A stretch of DNA of 64,000 bases from Spirochaetia bacterium (GCA_963662265.2 CAXXHA010000036.1:64001-128000), one strand, 5' to 3'. Positions 8,779-19,111 are shown, counted from the first letter of the stretch. Program-made: numbers and translations. Notes: generated from the sequence alone by a model not told the origin.

Positions 8779-11700
8779 ATGAAAAACAGAAATTTAAACC
8801 TGGGTATTGATGTCGGGTCTACAACAGTCAAGGCTGCAGTCATGGATCCGGTTAATTATTCTCTTCTCTATTCCGAGTACAGGCGGCATAATGCTGATCA
8901 GTCCGGAACTGTCAGGGATATACTTAAAAATATTACCGAAAAATTCCCCGATACTGTTTTTTCCGCAGCAGTCTGCGGAAGCGGCGGGCAGACTATAGCG
9001 AACAGGCTGGGTATAAAATTCATTCAGGAAGTTGTCGCAAATTCCCTGATGATAAGGAAATTTCATCATGACGTGAGGGTTGCAATCGAGCTTGGCGGTC
9101 AGGATGCAAAGGTTGTTTTCTTCCGGTATGATGAAGGCTCGGGGCAGCTTGTTCCCTCTGATATGCGTATGAACGGCAGCTGTGCAGGGGGGACCGGGGC
9201 ATTTATCGATCAGATTGCAGAGCTTTTAAGTGTAAGGACAGAAGAGATAGGAGCCCTGGCTGCTGAAGGGACTACTGTCTATGATATTTCAGGCCGGTGC
9301 GGTGTATTTGCAAAGACAGATATACAGCCCCTCCTTAACCAGGGTGTTTCCAAAAGCGATATAGCTCTTTCCTCTTTTCATGCAATTGCAAAACAGACTA
9401 TCGGAGGTCTTGCACAGGGGATGGATATCAGGCCTAAAGTCATTTTCGAGGGGGGCCCTCTGACTTTCAATCCCCGGCTTATCAAGGTTTTTCAGCAGCG
9501 GCTTTCACTATCCGATGATGAAATAATTATACCTGAAAACCCCGAGCTGATTGTGGCAAAAGGGGCAGCTCTCTCTGTCGATACAATGTTTGCTGATGCA
9601 GATACTGAATTCTCCCCTTCCGAAGGAATCGGGATAATTGATAAATGGATCTCGGGAATATCGGGATCTGTTTCAGAAGCAGCAAAGCCTTTTTTCACAG
9701 ATGAAAGCAGTTATGCAGATTTTCTTGCAAGGCATTCTGATAAAAGCTCATCATACATCTATGTTCCAGAAAAAGATGTTAAGAGTCTCGATGTATATCT
9801 TGGTATTGATGCCGGATCAACAACATCCAAATTTGTTCTCATAGACAGGGAAAACAGGATTGTCGATACATTTTATTCAGGAAACAGGGGAGAACCGCTC
9901 AAGGTTGTACAGTATGCTCTTCTCAGGATGAGAGACCGCTATGAAGCGCATGGGATAAAACTTAATATCCTGGGTGCAGGCGCAACCGGTTACGGCGAGC
10001 TCCTTTTTTCAAAAGCATTCAGAAGCGATTACCATACAGTAGAGACAGTTGCCCATGCAGAGGCTGCCCGGTATTTTGTCCCCGATGTAAGCTTCATACT
10101 CGATATCGGCGGACAGGATATGAAGGCTATCAACCTGAACAAGGGTGTAGTTACAGGTATTGTCCTTAACGAGGCATGTTCTGCCGGCTGCGGTTCTTTT
10201 GTAGAGACATATGCACGCTCATTGAATGTTTCTGTGGAAAAAATTGCAGAGTATGCTTTCAGATCAACATCCCCATCCCGCCTGGGGTCCCGATGCACTG
10301 TTTTCATGAACAGTTCAATAATTACGGAACAGAAAAACGGCAAGACAACAGAAGATATACTTGCAGGCATCAGCCGCTCAATAATTGAAAATGTTTTCAC
10401 AAAGGTTGTCAGAATTTCCAACTTCAATGATCTGGGAAATAAAATCGTGGTACAGGGGGGGACTTTCAAGAATGATGCAGTCCTCCGTGCTTTCGAGCAG
10501 TATACAGGTCGTGAAGTTGTAAGAGCACCGTTCCCCGGAGAAATGGGTGCTTTCGGTATTGCTCTGCTGACTAAAAAAAGCATTGAAGAAAGGAAAAAGG
10601 AAAATCCGGGTTTTATATCATCATTTACCGGTCTTGAAGATCTTGAAAATTTTTCCTATACAAAGTCTCCCGGAATAATCTGCCCCTTCTGTTCAAACAA
10701 CTGCAGCAGGACAGTAATAACATTCAGCCATGGAGATTCCTATATTACCGGGAATAGGTGCGAAAAAGGGCAGATACTTGGGGAAATAAAGAATCCTGAA
10801 ATCAGGGAAAAGCTTAAAAAAACCCATAAAAAACAGGAATCAGTCCCTGATATGTTCAGGCTTCATAATGAGCTTTTGTATTCAAATAATGATACACAGC
10901 TGCTCACGGAAAAGAGGGGAATAAAAATTGGGATTCCTGTTACTCTCGAGTTCTGGCACAGTCTCCCGTTCTGGAAAGCAGTTTTCACCTCGCTTGGATT
11001 TGATGTGGTTCTTTCCCCGAAATCAAGTTATGACATGTTTGAAAAAGGGCTCAAGTATGTGCCTTCAGATACAGTCTGTTTTCCAGCAAAGCTTCTTCAC
11101 GGTCATGTTGAGGAGCTTGCCGCAATGGGGGTGGACAGGATATTCAGTCCCATGATGGTAAGAATACCCAGGGAAAACAGAACTGCATTCGGGAACCATA
11201 CCTGTGTAATGCTTCAGGGATACCCGATGATTGTTGAAAAGAGCAATGAGATATTCGAACGTTTCGGCATAAATTTCGATCATCCGATTTTTCACTGGCA
11301 CAATGAAAAACTGAAATCAAAGCAGGCTGTTGACTGGCTTAATGAAACTTTCGGAATTGACAGGAAAACAGCTTTAAAAGCGGTGGAAGCCGGAAACAGG
11401 GCATCCGGGGAATTCAGAAACAGGATGACATATGAAGGGGAGAAGGTACTGAAATCTCTTGAAGGAACCAGGAAATTTGCAGTTGTTCTTGCGGGCCGTC
11501 CGTATCATTCCGATATGCTGATAAACCACAATCTTTCCAATTATTTCACCTCACAGGGTATTCCTGTTCTTTCCCTTGATTCGCTGTCTGCTGTAAATTC
11601 GGAAGATGTCGAAAAAATCAGGATGGAAACAACAATAACCTTCCATACCAGAATGATTTCCGCCGCAATTGCGGCTGCTTCCCACCCGAACCTTGAGATT

Positions 11701-13170
11701 GTACAGATTGTCAGTTTCGGCTGCGGCCATGATGCTGTTATTTCCGATGAAATGGTGAGGGAGCTTAAAAACCGGTCTGACAAGGAACTACTTATACTCA
11801 AGCTTGATGAAGGGGAATCTTCAGGCCCGCTTAACATAAGGATAAAATCATTCATAGAAACAGTATCAGCTCGGCGTAAGAACAGATCCCGCTCCATTGC
11901 TGACAAAATAAAGGAGAGGAGAATCCTCTATACAAAAAAGCACAGGAAGGAAAAAGTTATACTGGCGCCGAACCTGTCCCCCGCATTTACAGCACTGCTT
12001 TCTTCGATTATAAGCAGGAGCGGAATAAGAATGGAGCCTCTTCCCCTTGCCGGTGAACGGGCGATAGAGCTGGGGAAGAAATTTGTTCATAATGATATAT
12101 GCTATCCTGCCCAGGTCAATATCGGCGAGATGCTCGCAATTCTCGAAAAAGGGGAATATGATCCCTCTTCTGTCGCTCTCGGGCTTGCAAAAAACTGTGA
12201 GGCCTGCCGTGCCGGGCAGTATGCGGTTCTGGCCCGCAAGGCGCTTGATGAGGCAGGGTATCCTGAAGTCCCTGTTGTGACAACCGGTATAGATACAAAA
12301 AAAATGCATCCTGGGTTCAGGTTGTCGCTGCATCATCAGCTGCAGTCGCTGTGGGGGCTAACAATAATTGACGCGTATGAAATGATGCTGAGGCGTATCC
12401 GTCCCTATGAGAAATTCCCCGGAAGTACAGAGCGGATATTTGATCTTCATCTTAAAAGACTCTGCGACAATATCTCTCTCAATACAGGAAAACTGCTACG
12501 GATGCTTAAGGATGCTGTTGATGATTTCAACAGGGTTGAAAGCTATGAGACTGACAGAAAACCCCGTGTAGGCATTGTCGGTGAAATCCTGATGAATTAT
12601 CATCCTTCTGCAAACTGTTATATTGAAAAATATCTTGAAGAAAACGGGCTTGAAGTTGTGCAGCCTTCAATGCATGATTTTTTCCGAAAAACAGCTGTAA
12701 TAGAAAAGGAGATTGGAAAGAGAAGAATGGTTCCCCACCCGTTTCTTCATTATCTTCTCCATTCAGCAACAGATATTGCATATGAATATGTTCACAGGAA
12801 AGTATGGAACCTTGTCTGTTCAAATTTCCGGTTTAAAACTGAACATGATAATATTTACAGAATAGTCGAAAATATTGAACCTTTCATAGACAGGACCTAT
12901 ATCGGAGCCGAAGGGTGGAAACTTCCCGGTGAAATAATGTCCATGATCCAGGAAGGGGTGAACTCTTTTGTAATTCTGCAGCCTTTCGGCTGCCTCCCCA
13001 ACCATATCACAGGGCGGGGGATGATCAAGACAATCAAGAAAATCTATCCTAATGTACAGATTATCGCAATTGATTATGATCCTGATACAAGCCTGGGGAA
13101 TGTGGAAAACAGGCTCCAGATGCTTATTCTCAATGCAAAGGAAATTGAGGCAGCCTCGGTAACTGTATAA
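8779..13170 (+). CDS. 2-hydroxyacyl-CoA dehydratase activase-related protein (two BcrAD/BadFG ATPase domains plus DUF2229-type regions)
   Basis: Two ATPase motifs GIDVGSTT and GIDAGSTT; GGQD motifs; Fe-S Cys motifs CAGGTG and CSAGCG; VCFPAK, SFGCGHD and QPFGCLPNH. Confidence 0.92.
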   Translation: MKNRNLNLGIDVGSTTVKAAVMDPVNYSLLYSEYRRHNADQSGTVRDILKNITEKFPDTVFSAAVCGSGGQTIANRLGIKFIQEVVANSLMIRKFHHDVRVAIELGGQDAKVVFFRYDEGSGQLVPSDMRMNGSCAGGTGAFIDQIAELLSVRTEEIGALAAEGTTVYDISGRCGVFAKTDIQPLLNQGVSKSDIALSSFHAIAKQTIGGLAQGMDIRPKVIFEGGPLTFNPRLIKVFQQRLSLSDDEIIIPENPELIVAKGAALSVDTMFADADTEFSPSEGIGIIDKWISGISGSVSEAAKPFFTDESSYADFLARHSDKSSSYIYVPEKDVKSLDVYLGIDAGSTTSKFVLIDRENRIVDTFYSGNRGEPLKVVQYALLRMRDRYEAHGIKLNILGAGATGYGELLFSKAFRSDYHTVETVAHAEAARYFVPDVSFILDIGGQDMKAINLNKGVVTGIVLNEACSAGCGSFVETYARSLNVSVEKIAEYAFRSTSPSRLGSRCTVFMNSSIITEQKNGKTTEDILAGISRSIIENVFTKVVRISNFNDLGNKIVVQGGTFKNDAVLRAFEQYTGREVVRAPFPGEMGAFGIALLTKKSIEERKKENPGFISSFTGLEDLENFSYTKSPGIICPFCSNNCSRTVITFSHGDSYITGNRCEKGQILGEIKNPEIREKLKKTHKKQESVPDMFRLHNELLYSNNDTQLLTEKRGIKIGIPVTLEFWHSLPFWKAVFTSLGFDVVLSPKSSYDMFEKGLKYVPSDTVCFPAKLLHGHVEELAAMGVDRIFSPMMVRIPRENRTAFGNHTCVMLQGYPMIVEKSNEIFERFGINFDHPIFHWHNEKLKSKQAVDWLNETFGIDRKTALKAVEAGNRASGEFRNRMTYEGEKVLKSLEGTRKFAVVLAGRPYHSDMLINHNLSNYFTSQGIPVLSLDSLSAVNSEDVEKIRMETTITFHTRMISAAIAAASHPNLEIVQIVSFGCGHDAVISDEMVRELKNRSDKELLILKLDEGESSGPLNIRIKSFIETVSARRKNRSRSIADKIKERRILYTKKHRKEKVILAPNLSPAFTALLSSIISRSGIRMEPLPLAGERAIELGKKFVHNDICYPAQVNIGEMLAILEKGEYDPSSVALGLAKNCEACRAGQYAVLARKALDEAGYPEVPVVTTGIDTKKMHPGFRLSLHHQLQSLWGLTIIDAYEMMLRRIRPYEKFPGSTERIFDLHLKRLCDNISLNTGKLLRMLKDAVDDFNRVESYETDRKPRVGIVGEILMNYHPSANCYIEKYLEENGLEVVQPSMHDFFRKTAVIEKEIGKRRMVPHPFLHYLLHSATDIAYEYVHRKVWNLVCSNFRFKTEHDNIYRIVENIEPFIDRTYIGAEGWKLPGEIMSMIQEGVNSFVILQPFGCLPNHITGRGMIKTIKKIYPNVQIIAIDYDPDTSLGNVENRLQMLILNAKEIEAASVTV

Positions 13171-13481
13171 TTTTATTACAGCTTCCGATTTAATTTATTC
13201 TGCAGCTGTTTCTCTGTATTGCCCTGAAATCAGTATGCCGGAAAGCTTTTTTGTTTTCAGGGCAGGGAATTAACCATAAAATAGCATTCAATCCTGAAAT
13301 TCTGCTAAATTTTATATGATACAGGTGGCGATAAATAAAAGGGGAACTGTTTTTTTCCGGTTTTATTTATCTCATTCAGTCGTATGTGATATTGGAAAAA
13401 AGCAGTTGTCTGATGTTTGATATTGGATAATAAAGAGACTCCTCAGTCTCCGGAAAAGTTTAAAAAAGGTGAAGACCCGTT

Positions 13482-14792
13482 GTGAATGTACTAAGACAGG
13501 AAAGCAGATTCAGGATTTTTTGGGAAATATTTATTCTCGCAGTAACAATAGCAGTATTTATTGAAATACCTGTTTCAGTAGTGTTCAGCAGTACTCCTGT
13601 AAGCAGGATACTGTTACTGGAATTTTTAATTTCCTTTATATTTATTCTGGATATAGTAATCAAGCTGAATACAGCTCTTGTAATAAAAATGGATGTAATA
13701 ACTGACCGGCATGTGATTGCATCGGTATACATGAAAAAATGGTTCTGGATAGACCTTGCTGCAGCATTTCCGTTCTGGATCTTGCTCCATATATTTTCTA
13801 TTCCGGTTTCAGCCGGGATTCTCGCGGCTTTCCGGCTTGTCAGGGTATTCAAGATATTCAGGCTTATCCAGACACTCAGCAAGCTTAAGAGGCTGAGCTA
13901 TGTCAATCCTAACATAATGCGGATGATTCTCCTTATTTTCTGGATTATTATTATTGCCCATTTTGTTGCATGCGGCTGGATAATCCTGGAAGGTGTATCA
14001 GATGAGCAGGAACACTCCATGCAGTATCTGCATGCTTTCTACTGGACAATAACAACCCTGACAACAATAGGTTACGGTGATATCACCCCATCCGGGAAGT
14101 TCCAGATAATCTATACAATATTTGTTGAAATCATCGGCGCCGGTTTATACGGTTTTATAATCGGTAATATTGCAAACCTTATTGCAAACATTGATATTGC
14201 ACGCGCACAGCACAGGAACAAGCTTGAAAAAATCAATACTTTCATGCAGTACCGCAATATTCCCCATTCCCTGCAGAAGAGGGTTGATGATTATTATAAT
14301 TACCTGTGGGAGAGCAGGAGAGGTTATGATGAATCATCAGTTCTTAAGGATCTTCCCGGTTCTCTGAAGACTTCTGTCTCCATATTCCTGAACAAGGATA
14401 TGATTGAAAAGGTTCCCCTTTTCAAGGGTGCAGATGACGCCCTGATCAGGGAGATAATTCTCCAGCTTGAACCGGTAGTCTATACTCCGGATGATTATAT
14501 TGTCTATGAAGGTGATATCGGGTATGACATGTTTTTCATAAGCAAGGGATCTGTGGATGTCATGTCGGGCGACGAATCAATAGTATATGCAACACTCTCT
14601 GCAGGGCAGTTCTTTGGTGAGATTGCACTCCTCTTGAGTGTTCCCCGTACAGCAACAATCAAGGCAAAGGAATACTGTGATGTTTACAGGCTTGAAAAGG
14701 AAATATTTGACAGGGTTATTGAAAGATATCCCGATTTTGCGGAAACAATAAGAAAGCTTGCCGAAAAAAGACGGGAAGAGCTTGGAAAATAA
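13482..14792 (+). CDS. Cyclic nucleotide-gated K+ channel (SthK/LliK-like)
   Basis: Six TM segments; S4 FRLVRVFKIFRL; selectivity filter TTIGYGD; C-linker; CNBD with FGEIAL...PRTATI. Confidence 0.93.
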   Translation: MNVLRQESRFRIFWEIFILAVTIAVFIEIPVSVVFSSTPVSRILLLEFLISFIFILDIVIKLNTALVIKMDVITDRHVIASVYMKKWFWIDLAAAFPFWILLHIFSIPVSAGILAAFRLVRVFKIFRLIQTLSKLKRLSYVNPNIMRMILLIFWIIIIAHFVACGWIILEGVSDEQEHSMQYLHAFYWTITTLTTIGYGDITPSGKFQIIYTIFVEIIGAGLYGFIIGNIANLIANIDIARAQHRNKLEKINTFMQYRNIPHSLQKRVDDYYNYLWESRRGYDESSVLKDLPGSLKTSVSIFLNKDMIEKVPLFKGADDALIREIILQLEPVVYTPDDYIVYEGDIGYDMFFISKGSVDVMSGDESIVYATLSAGQFFGEIALLLSVPRTATIKAKEYCDVYRLEKEIFDRVIERYPDFAETIRKLAEKRREELGK

Positions 14793-14891
14793 GGGAGCTG
14801 CTGATATTTTCTCCAGCTTTCCATCCGGGGCGCTACCCTTTCAGGGGATATTATTCAATGTTCAGAGATATTGAGATTATAGAGTTGCCCT

Positions 14892-14920
14892 TTTACCCCG
14901 GAATATATCCGGGGTATAAT
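14892..14920 (+). promoter_or_regulatory. Putative sigma70 promoter (TTTACC-17-TATAAT) overlapped by a perfect palindrome TACCCCGGA-atata-TCCGGGGTA (candidate operator)
   Basis: 9-bp perfect inverted repeat at 14894-14916 spans the spacer; no U-tract follows on either strand. Confidence 0.5.
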
Positions 14921-14939
14921 TATAGTTCAGGAATGGTGT

Positions 14940-16178
14940 TTGTTTATGGATAATGATAAGAAAAATCAGATAGCTGCCTATCTTTTTAAGGTGTTTAACT
15001 CGGAAAACATAATTCCATCAGAAGTTGTTGCATCGCTTTTCAAGATGATGCCCTCTTTTGATCCTGCTTTTTCAACCGGAGTTCTCCAGGAATGGAAGAA
15101 AATAACTGAAACATATAAACAGGGGGGGAAGAATCCCCGGGAAATCAATTCTCCCCTTATAATTACAAGGGGACTCATGGAGGGAACTCCCGATACTAAT
15201 CTGAAGATGTACCTGCCTGAGGAAAAAATACTTATAAACAGGCAGCTTTTCAGAAACAAGCTGTCGAGTGTGAATTTCGGCAGTCTTACAGCTGATATTG
15301 AAAGAAGCCTTCTTGATGAACTTAAAAATGAATCAATAGCGCTTTCCGATCAGGAAGTCCTGATCTATTACAACCTTCTCAAGATAAATATGATGGCAAG
15401 ACTCTATGCATCAAGCCAGGGTAGAGCCACTCCCGGCAAGGACCCTGCTGTAAGCGGGGACAGCCGCAATTTCAAAACTGTGGGAGAAGGCGCAGGGAAT
15501 TTTCCAGACAAGATAATATCCCTTCTGTTTGAGAACTTTGCAGATCTTAACAAGCTTTCCTCTGTCAATGAAAAGAGAAATATTGACAGTAATCTCCTTA
15601 ACGCGGCAGTAAAGAGCAAGATATCAAAGAGTGTGCATAATCCGAGAATTTATCTTCTGATGTTCGGGTACGGCACAGATAAATACATGCTGTTTGTAAA
15701 GGAATATATAAAAATGGTTGTTTCCCGGTGGGGAGGCAACGAGGATGAGATTTTTGCCTCTTTTGCAGCGTACCAGCTTCTGAATTCAGCTTCAGAGGAT
15801 ATTATCGGCGAGATGGATCTTGCTGTGAGCCTCAGGAATTTCATATCAGACCGGCTCGGAAGAATACATCCTGTTTATTACTGTGCTATTCTTTTTGTCA
15901 CTGTTTTTACCTACATTCTTGTGATGCAGGTTGTTGAGATTGCGGGAAAATATGTATCTTCCCCTGAGCCCCAGAAATCAAAACTGCTTAAACTGTATAA
16001 TTCCGAGGAAAGAATCAACATGATGATTTCCAATGCTTTCAATATTGCGGCAGGCAAAATAGCGTCCTACAAGTCTGAATCAAGGGAAATAGTGCCAAAT
16101 ATGAAAAAATTTATTTCTAAATACAGCAACCTTGTAAAACCTGAAGATATGTTCAGAACAATCTATAAATTCCAGTAG
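14940..16178 (+). CDS. Hypothetical protein (largely alpha-helical, one hydrophobic segment)
   Basis: 412-aa ORF with genome-typical codon use; 12 nt from the next gene; no motif recognised. Confidence 0.75.
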   Translation: MFMDNDKKNQIAAYLFKVFNSENIIPSEVVASLFKMMPSFDPAFSTGVLQEWKKITETYKQGGKNPREINSPLIITRGLMEGTPDTNLKMYLPEEKILINRQLFRNKLSSVNFGSLTADIERSLLDELKNESIALSDQEVLIYYNLLKINMMARLYASSQGRATPGKDPAVSGDSRNFKTVGEGAGNFPDKIISLLFENFADLNKLSSVNEKRNIDSNLLNAAVKSKISKSVHNPRIYLLMFGYGTDKYMLFVKEYIKMVVSRWGGNEDEIFASFAAYQLLNSASEDIIGEMDLAVSLRNFISDRLGRIHPVYYCAILFVTVFTYILVMQVVEIAGKYVSSPEPQKSKLLKLYNSEERINMMISNAFNIAAGKIASYKSESREIVPNMKKFISKYSNLVKPEDMFRTIYKFQ

Positions 16179-16190
16179 CAAGGACAGAGT

Positions 16191-17771
16191 ATGATATTAA
16201 AACCGAGAAAAGGATTTTCATTTATAGTAAAATTTATTGATTTTTTTAATCCTGTTATTGTTCTTCTTTCCATTGCAGGATTGATTCTGGAATATACCCA
16301 ATACAAGGAATATGTTCTGTATCCGAACAGAATAATTGATATGGTTTTTGTTGTTGATTTTCTTCTCAGGCTGATTTCATTCCCGTCAGGAAGATATTTC
16401 TTCAAATCCTACGGATGGGTTGATTTCCTCGCATCTATTCCTGGTTTTACTGCATTCATGCAGTTCGGGCAGTATTTCGGATTATTCAAGGTGATGAGAA
16501 TAGGAAGGTTTTTCAAGATAATCAGGGTATTGAGATTCCTCCGTATTTTCAGCTTCCTTAAAAAGATGAAAGGGGATTCCGCTTTCATACAGGAAAGAAT
16601 AATGAAAATCGGTGTTACAATTGTTATTATCTTTGTAACAGGCCTCGGTTTTACAGATTATTTCATAACACAGACTCTTTCCTCCCTTAAGGGGGAAAAT
16701 ATCAGGACTGTCATGGAGCTTTCCCGCAACAAGGTGGATAAGCTTGCAGAACGTGTTGAAAATGTTGCCTATTATTCAGACAGGGGTATTCTTTATGACA
16801 GCGAAGGGAAAACAGCTGATACTTACAGTGATTACGCTGAAAAACTAAACAGTCTTAACATCTGGTACACTGAAGTCAGGTTTTCCGACAGCTCGGCAGA
16901 TCATGACGGTTACCTGATACCTGTTGAAGGTATACTTGTTACTTCTGAAGATATAATGGTAAAGCATGACAATATCATGCTTATACTGATTGCCTCCCTT
17001 ATTATGATACTTGTCATACTAATATTCTATATCGGGTATATTTTTGCCAAGGACATGAAAATAGTCCAGCTGATAAATGATTCGGTTGATGCCGGAGATT
17101 ACTGGCTTCTGAAAGAGGAGGCAAGGAAATACTCATCGACAGGAGAACTGGCTGTTGAAGAGGGTGAGGATGAAATAGTCAGCCTGATTAAAATGGCTGC
17201 AGTACTGGCTGAAAGAGCTGAAGTATCTGCAGGGGGTATGGCAGGAATGGACAGCATATTTTCAGATACCGGTTTTTCCGGTGATTTCCCGCAGCTTGAC
17301 ACCTCATTCCAGAGTATGCCTCCCGATAATGAACATGATATGCCTGCGATTGATTCAGGAACAGGTGAAGTCGAAGTGGAGATGCCGGTTATTTCTGATG
17401 TTGATGAAGATGAGGAAATAAATGAACTTGCAGAAGTTCTTTCAGATTTCGGCGGATTCACTGATGAATTCGGAAAAGCTTCAATATCTGAAAACAGTAC
17501 TGAAACTTATGCCGAATCTGAAAACAGTTTAATGTCTTCAGGTTCAGAAACTATGCCTTATTCAGCCGATACATCTGATTCTGAAACAGTGACGGAAAAA
17601 CTTATGACAATTGAAAAAACTGTCAGGGAAATAAACAGTAAATTATCGTCACTTGAAAATGTCCGGGAAAGCACTCTTGAGTCAGTTGCAAGAGATGCTG
17701 CTTCCCGTGCTGTTAAAATAACGTCAAAATCCATTGGTGAATATATACATAAAAAACTGTCCGGTAAGTGA
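16191..17771 (+). CDS. Voltage-sensor-domain (Ion_trans S1-S4) membrane protein lacking a pore loop
   Basis: S2 FVVDFLLR, S3 GWVDFLASIP and S4 KVMRIGRFFKIIRVLRFLR; two further TMs flank a ~100-aa loop; no GYG/TLE filter; acidic tail and C-terminal coiled coil. Confidence 0.8.
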   Translation: MILKPRKGFSFIVKFIDFFNPVIVLLSIAGLILEYTQYKEYVLYPNRIIDMVFVVDFLLRLISFPSGRYFFKSYGWVDFLASIPGFTAFMQFGQYFGLFKVMRIGRFFKIIRVLRFLRIFSFLKKMKGDSAFIQERIMKIGVTIVIIFVTGLGFTDYFITQTLSSLKGENIRTVMELSRNKVDKLAERVENVAYYSDRGILYDSEGKTADTYSDYAEKLNSLNIWYTEVRFSDSSADHDGYLIPVEGILVTSEDIMVKHDNIMLILIASLIMILVILIFYIGYIFAKDMKIVQLINDSVDAGDYWLLKEEARKYSSTGELAVEEGEDEIVSLIKMAAVLAERAEVSAGGMAGMDSIFSDTGFSGDFPQLDTSFQSMPPDNEHDMPAIDSGTGEVEVEMPVISDVDEDEEINELAEVLSDFGGFTDEFGKASISENSTETYAESENSLMSSGSETMPYSADTSDSETVTEKLMTIEKTVREINSKLSSLENVRESTLESVARDAASRAVKITSKSIGEYIHKKLSGK

Positions 17772-17887
17772 CAGAAGTGCTTTTATTCGCTGTTTTAATA
17801 TAATTATTTGTTATATTACAATTACATTACAATCAGAAAATGCAATGATGATTGACGACAGTTATTATCTCTGGTATTTTTATTTTT

Positions 17888-18994
17888 ATGAAGATAGCGC
17901 ATATACACAGCGGCGTAAGGGGAATAGCTTCTTATGCTCTTAACTTATATAATTATTTCGAATCGGCAGGCGACAGGACTCTTATTGTCAGTGAAGCAAA
18001 ATGGACAAAAAAGAGAATACCTGTTTATGAACCAAAATCCTATCTTATCGGCGGAGTAATGCCATGGGCCAGGAATGTAGGAGAGGTGGGGGAACAACTT
18101 ACAGAGTTTCAGCCTGATATTCTTCACCATCATCACCCATCAGGCAGGCTTGATTTTCATATCTCCAAGTTTCAGAAATCACTCGAATGTCCGCTGGTCT
18201 GTACATTCCATATGTCAGTCGGGTCCAGAAAATATATGGTTGATAAATGGATGAATGCCTTTTTTCTTGCGACAAGGCGAAATTTCCGGAACGCGGACTG
18301 TTATGTTGCAATCAGCAAATTTGTTAAAAAGCAGCTTGAAGAGATCGGAGGAGTTCCTAAAGAGAAAATTGTTCTCCTGTATGCCGGTGTTGATCCTGAA
18401 GTATTCAAACCTGTTCAGTATGAAAACCATGATACACTTAATATAACATTTGTCGGACAGATTACCCCGGAAAAGGGGATTGACCAGCTGATTGATGTTG
18501 TTACACGGCTGAGTGAATACAGAAAAGTCAAACTTAACATTGTAGGCAACGGGACATTGAAACCTCTTCTCATGAAGAAGACACAGAATAACCGTGCAAT
18601 CAACTGGGTCGGATTTCTCAACAGTCCGGAAAAAGTCGGTGAGTTTTATGCAAAGTCAGATGTCACTGTTCTCCCGACAAGATGGGATGAGGCTTTTTCA
18701 TATATCCCTCTTGAATCTCTTTCAAGCGGAACTGCGGTTATAGCCTCCCGGTGCGGCGGGAATATGGAAGCTATACAGGAAAATGAAACAGGTATTCTGT
18801 TTACTCCCGGAAAAGGGGATGAACTCTTTGATATTCTCAGAAAAGTTGAAATCCCCGAGTTATGGGATATGGGCGCCAGAGGAAGAGAGTATATTCTGAA
18901 TAAACATACACTTCAGACATTCGGAGATAAATACAAGATGCTGTATCAGGACCTGTTAAGCAGACCTTTTTTCCCACGGCAGATTGATTCCTGA
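17888..18994 (+). CDS. Glycosyltransferase family 4 (GT-B)
   Basis: MKIAHIH start; FVGQITPEKGID; EAFSYIPLE (EX7E motif); ETGIL. Confidence 0.92.
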   Translation: MKIAHIHSGVRGIASYALNLYNYFESAGDRTLIVSEAKWTKKRIPVYEPKSYLIGGVMPWARNVGEVGEQLTEFQPDILHHHHPSGRLDFHISKFQKSLECPLVCTFHMSVGSRKYMVDKWMNAFFLATRRNFRNADCYVAISKFVKKQLEEIGGVPKEKIVLLYAGVDPEVFKPVQYENHDTLNITFVGQITPEKGIDQLIDVVTRLSEYRKVKLNIVGNGTLKPLLMKKTQNNRAINWVGFLNSPEKVGEFYAKSDVTVLPTRWDEAFSYIPLESLSSGTAVIASRCGGNMEAIQENETGILFTPGKGDELFDILRKVEIPELWDMGARGREYILNKHTLQTFGDKYKMLYQDLLSRPFFPRQIDS

Positions 18995-19111
18995 TCCAGA
19001 TTGCTGAATCGTTTAAAAAGCATCATATGCTGATTTTTCCGGTTTTTTAAATGACAAAAAAATTGACTGCGTGATAACATATCAGTTTAAATAGAAATTA
19101 TAGACACTCAT

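Noticed and set aside
8779-13170. Large activase fusion without an adjacent dehydratase as a novel system
   Set aside because: This stand-alone ~1400-aa architecture is common in anaerobes.
16191-16560. VSD protein as an Hv1-type proton channel
   Set aside because: The S1 position equivalent to the Hv1 selectivity Asp (7 residues before the S1 Glu) is Ser, and the protein has two extra TMs and a large loop.
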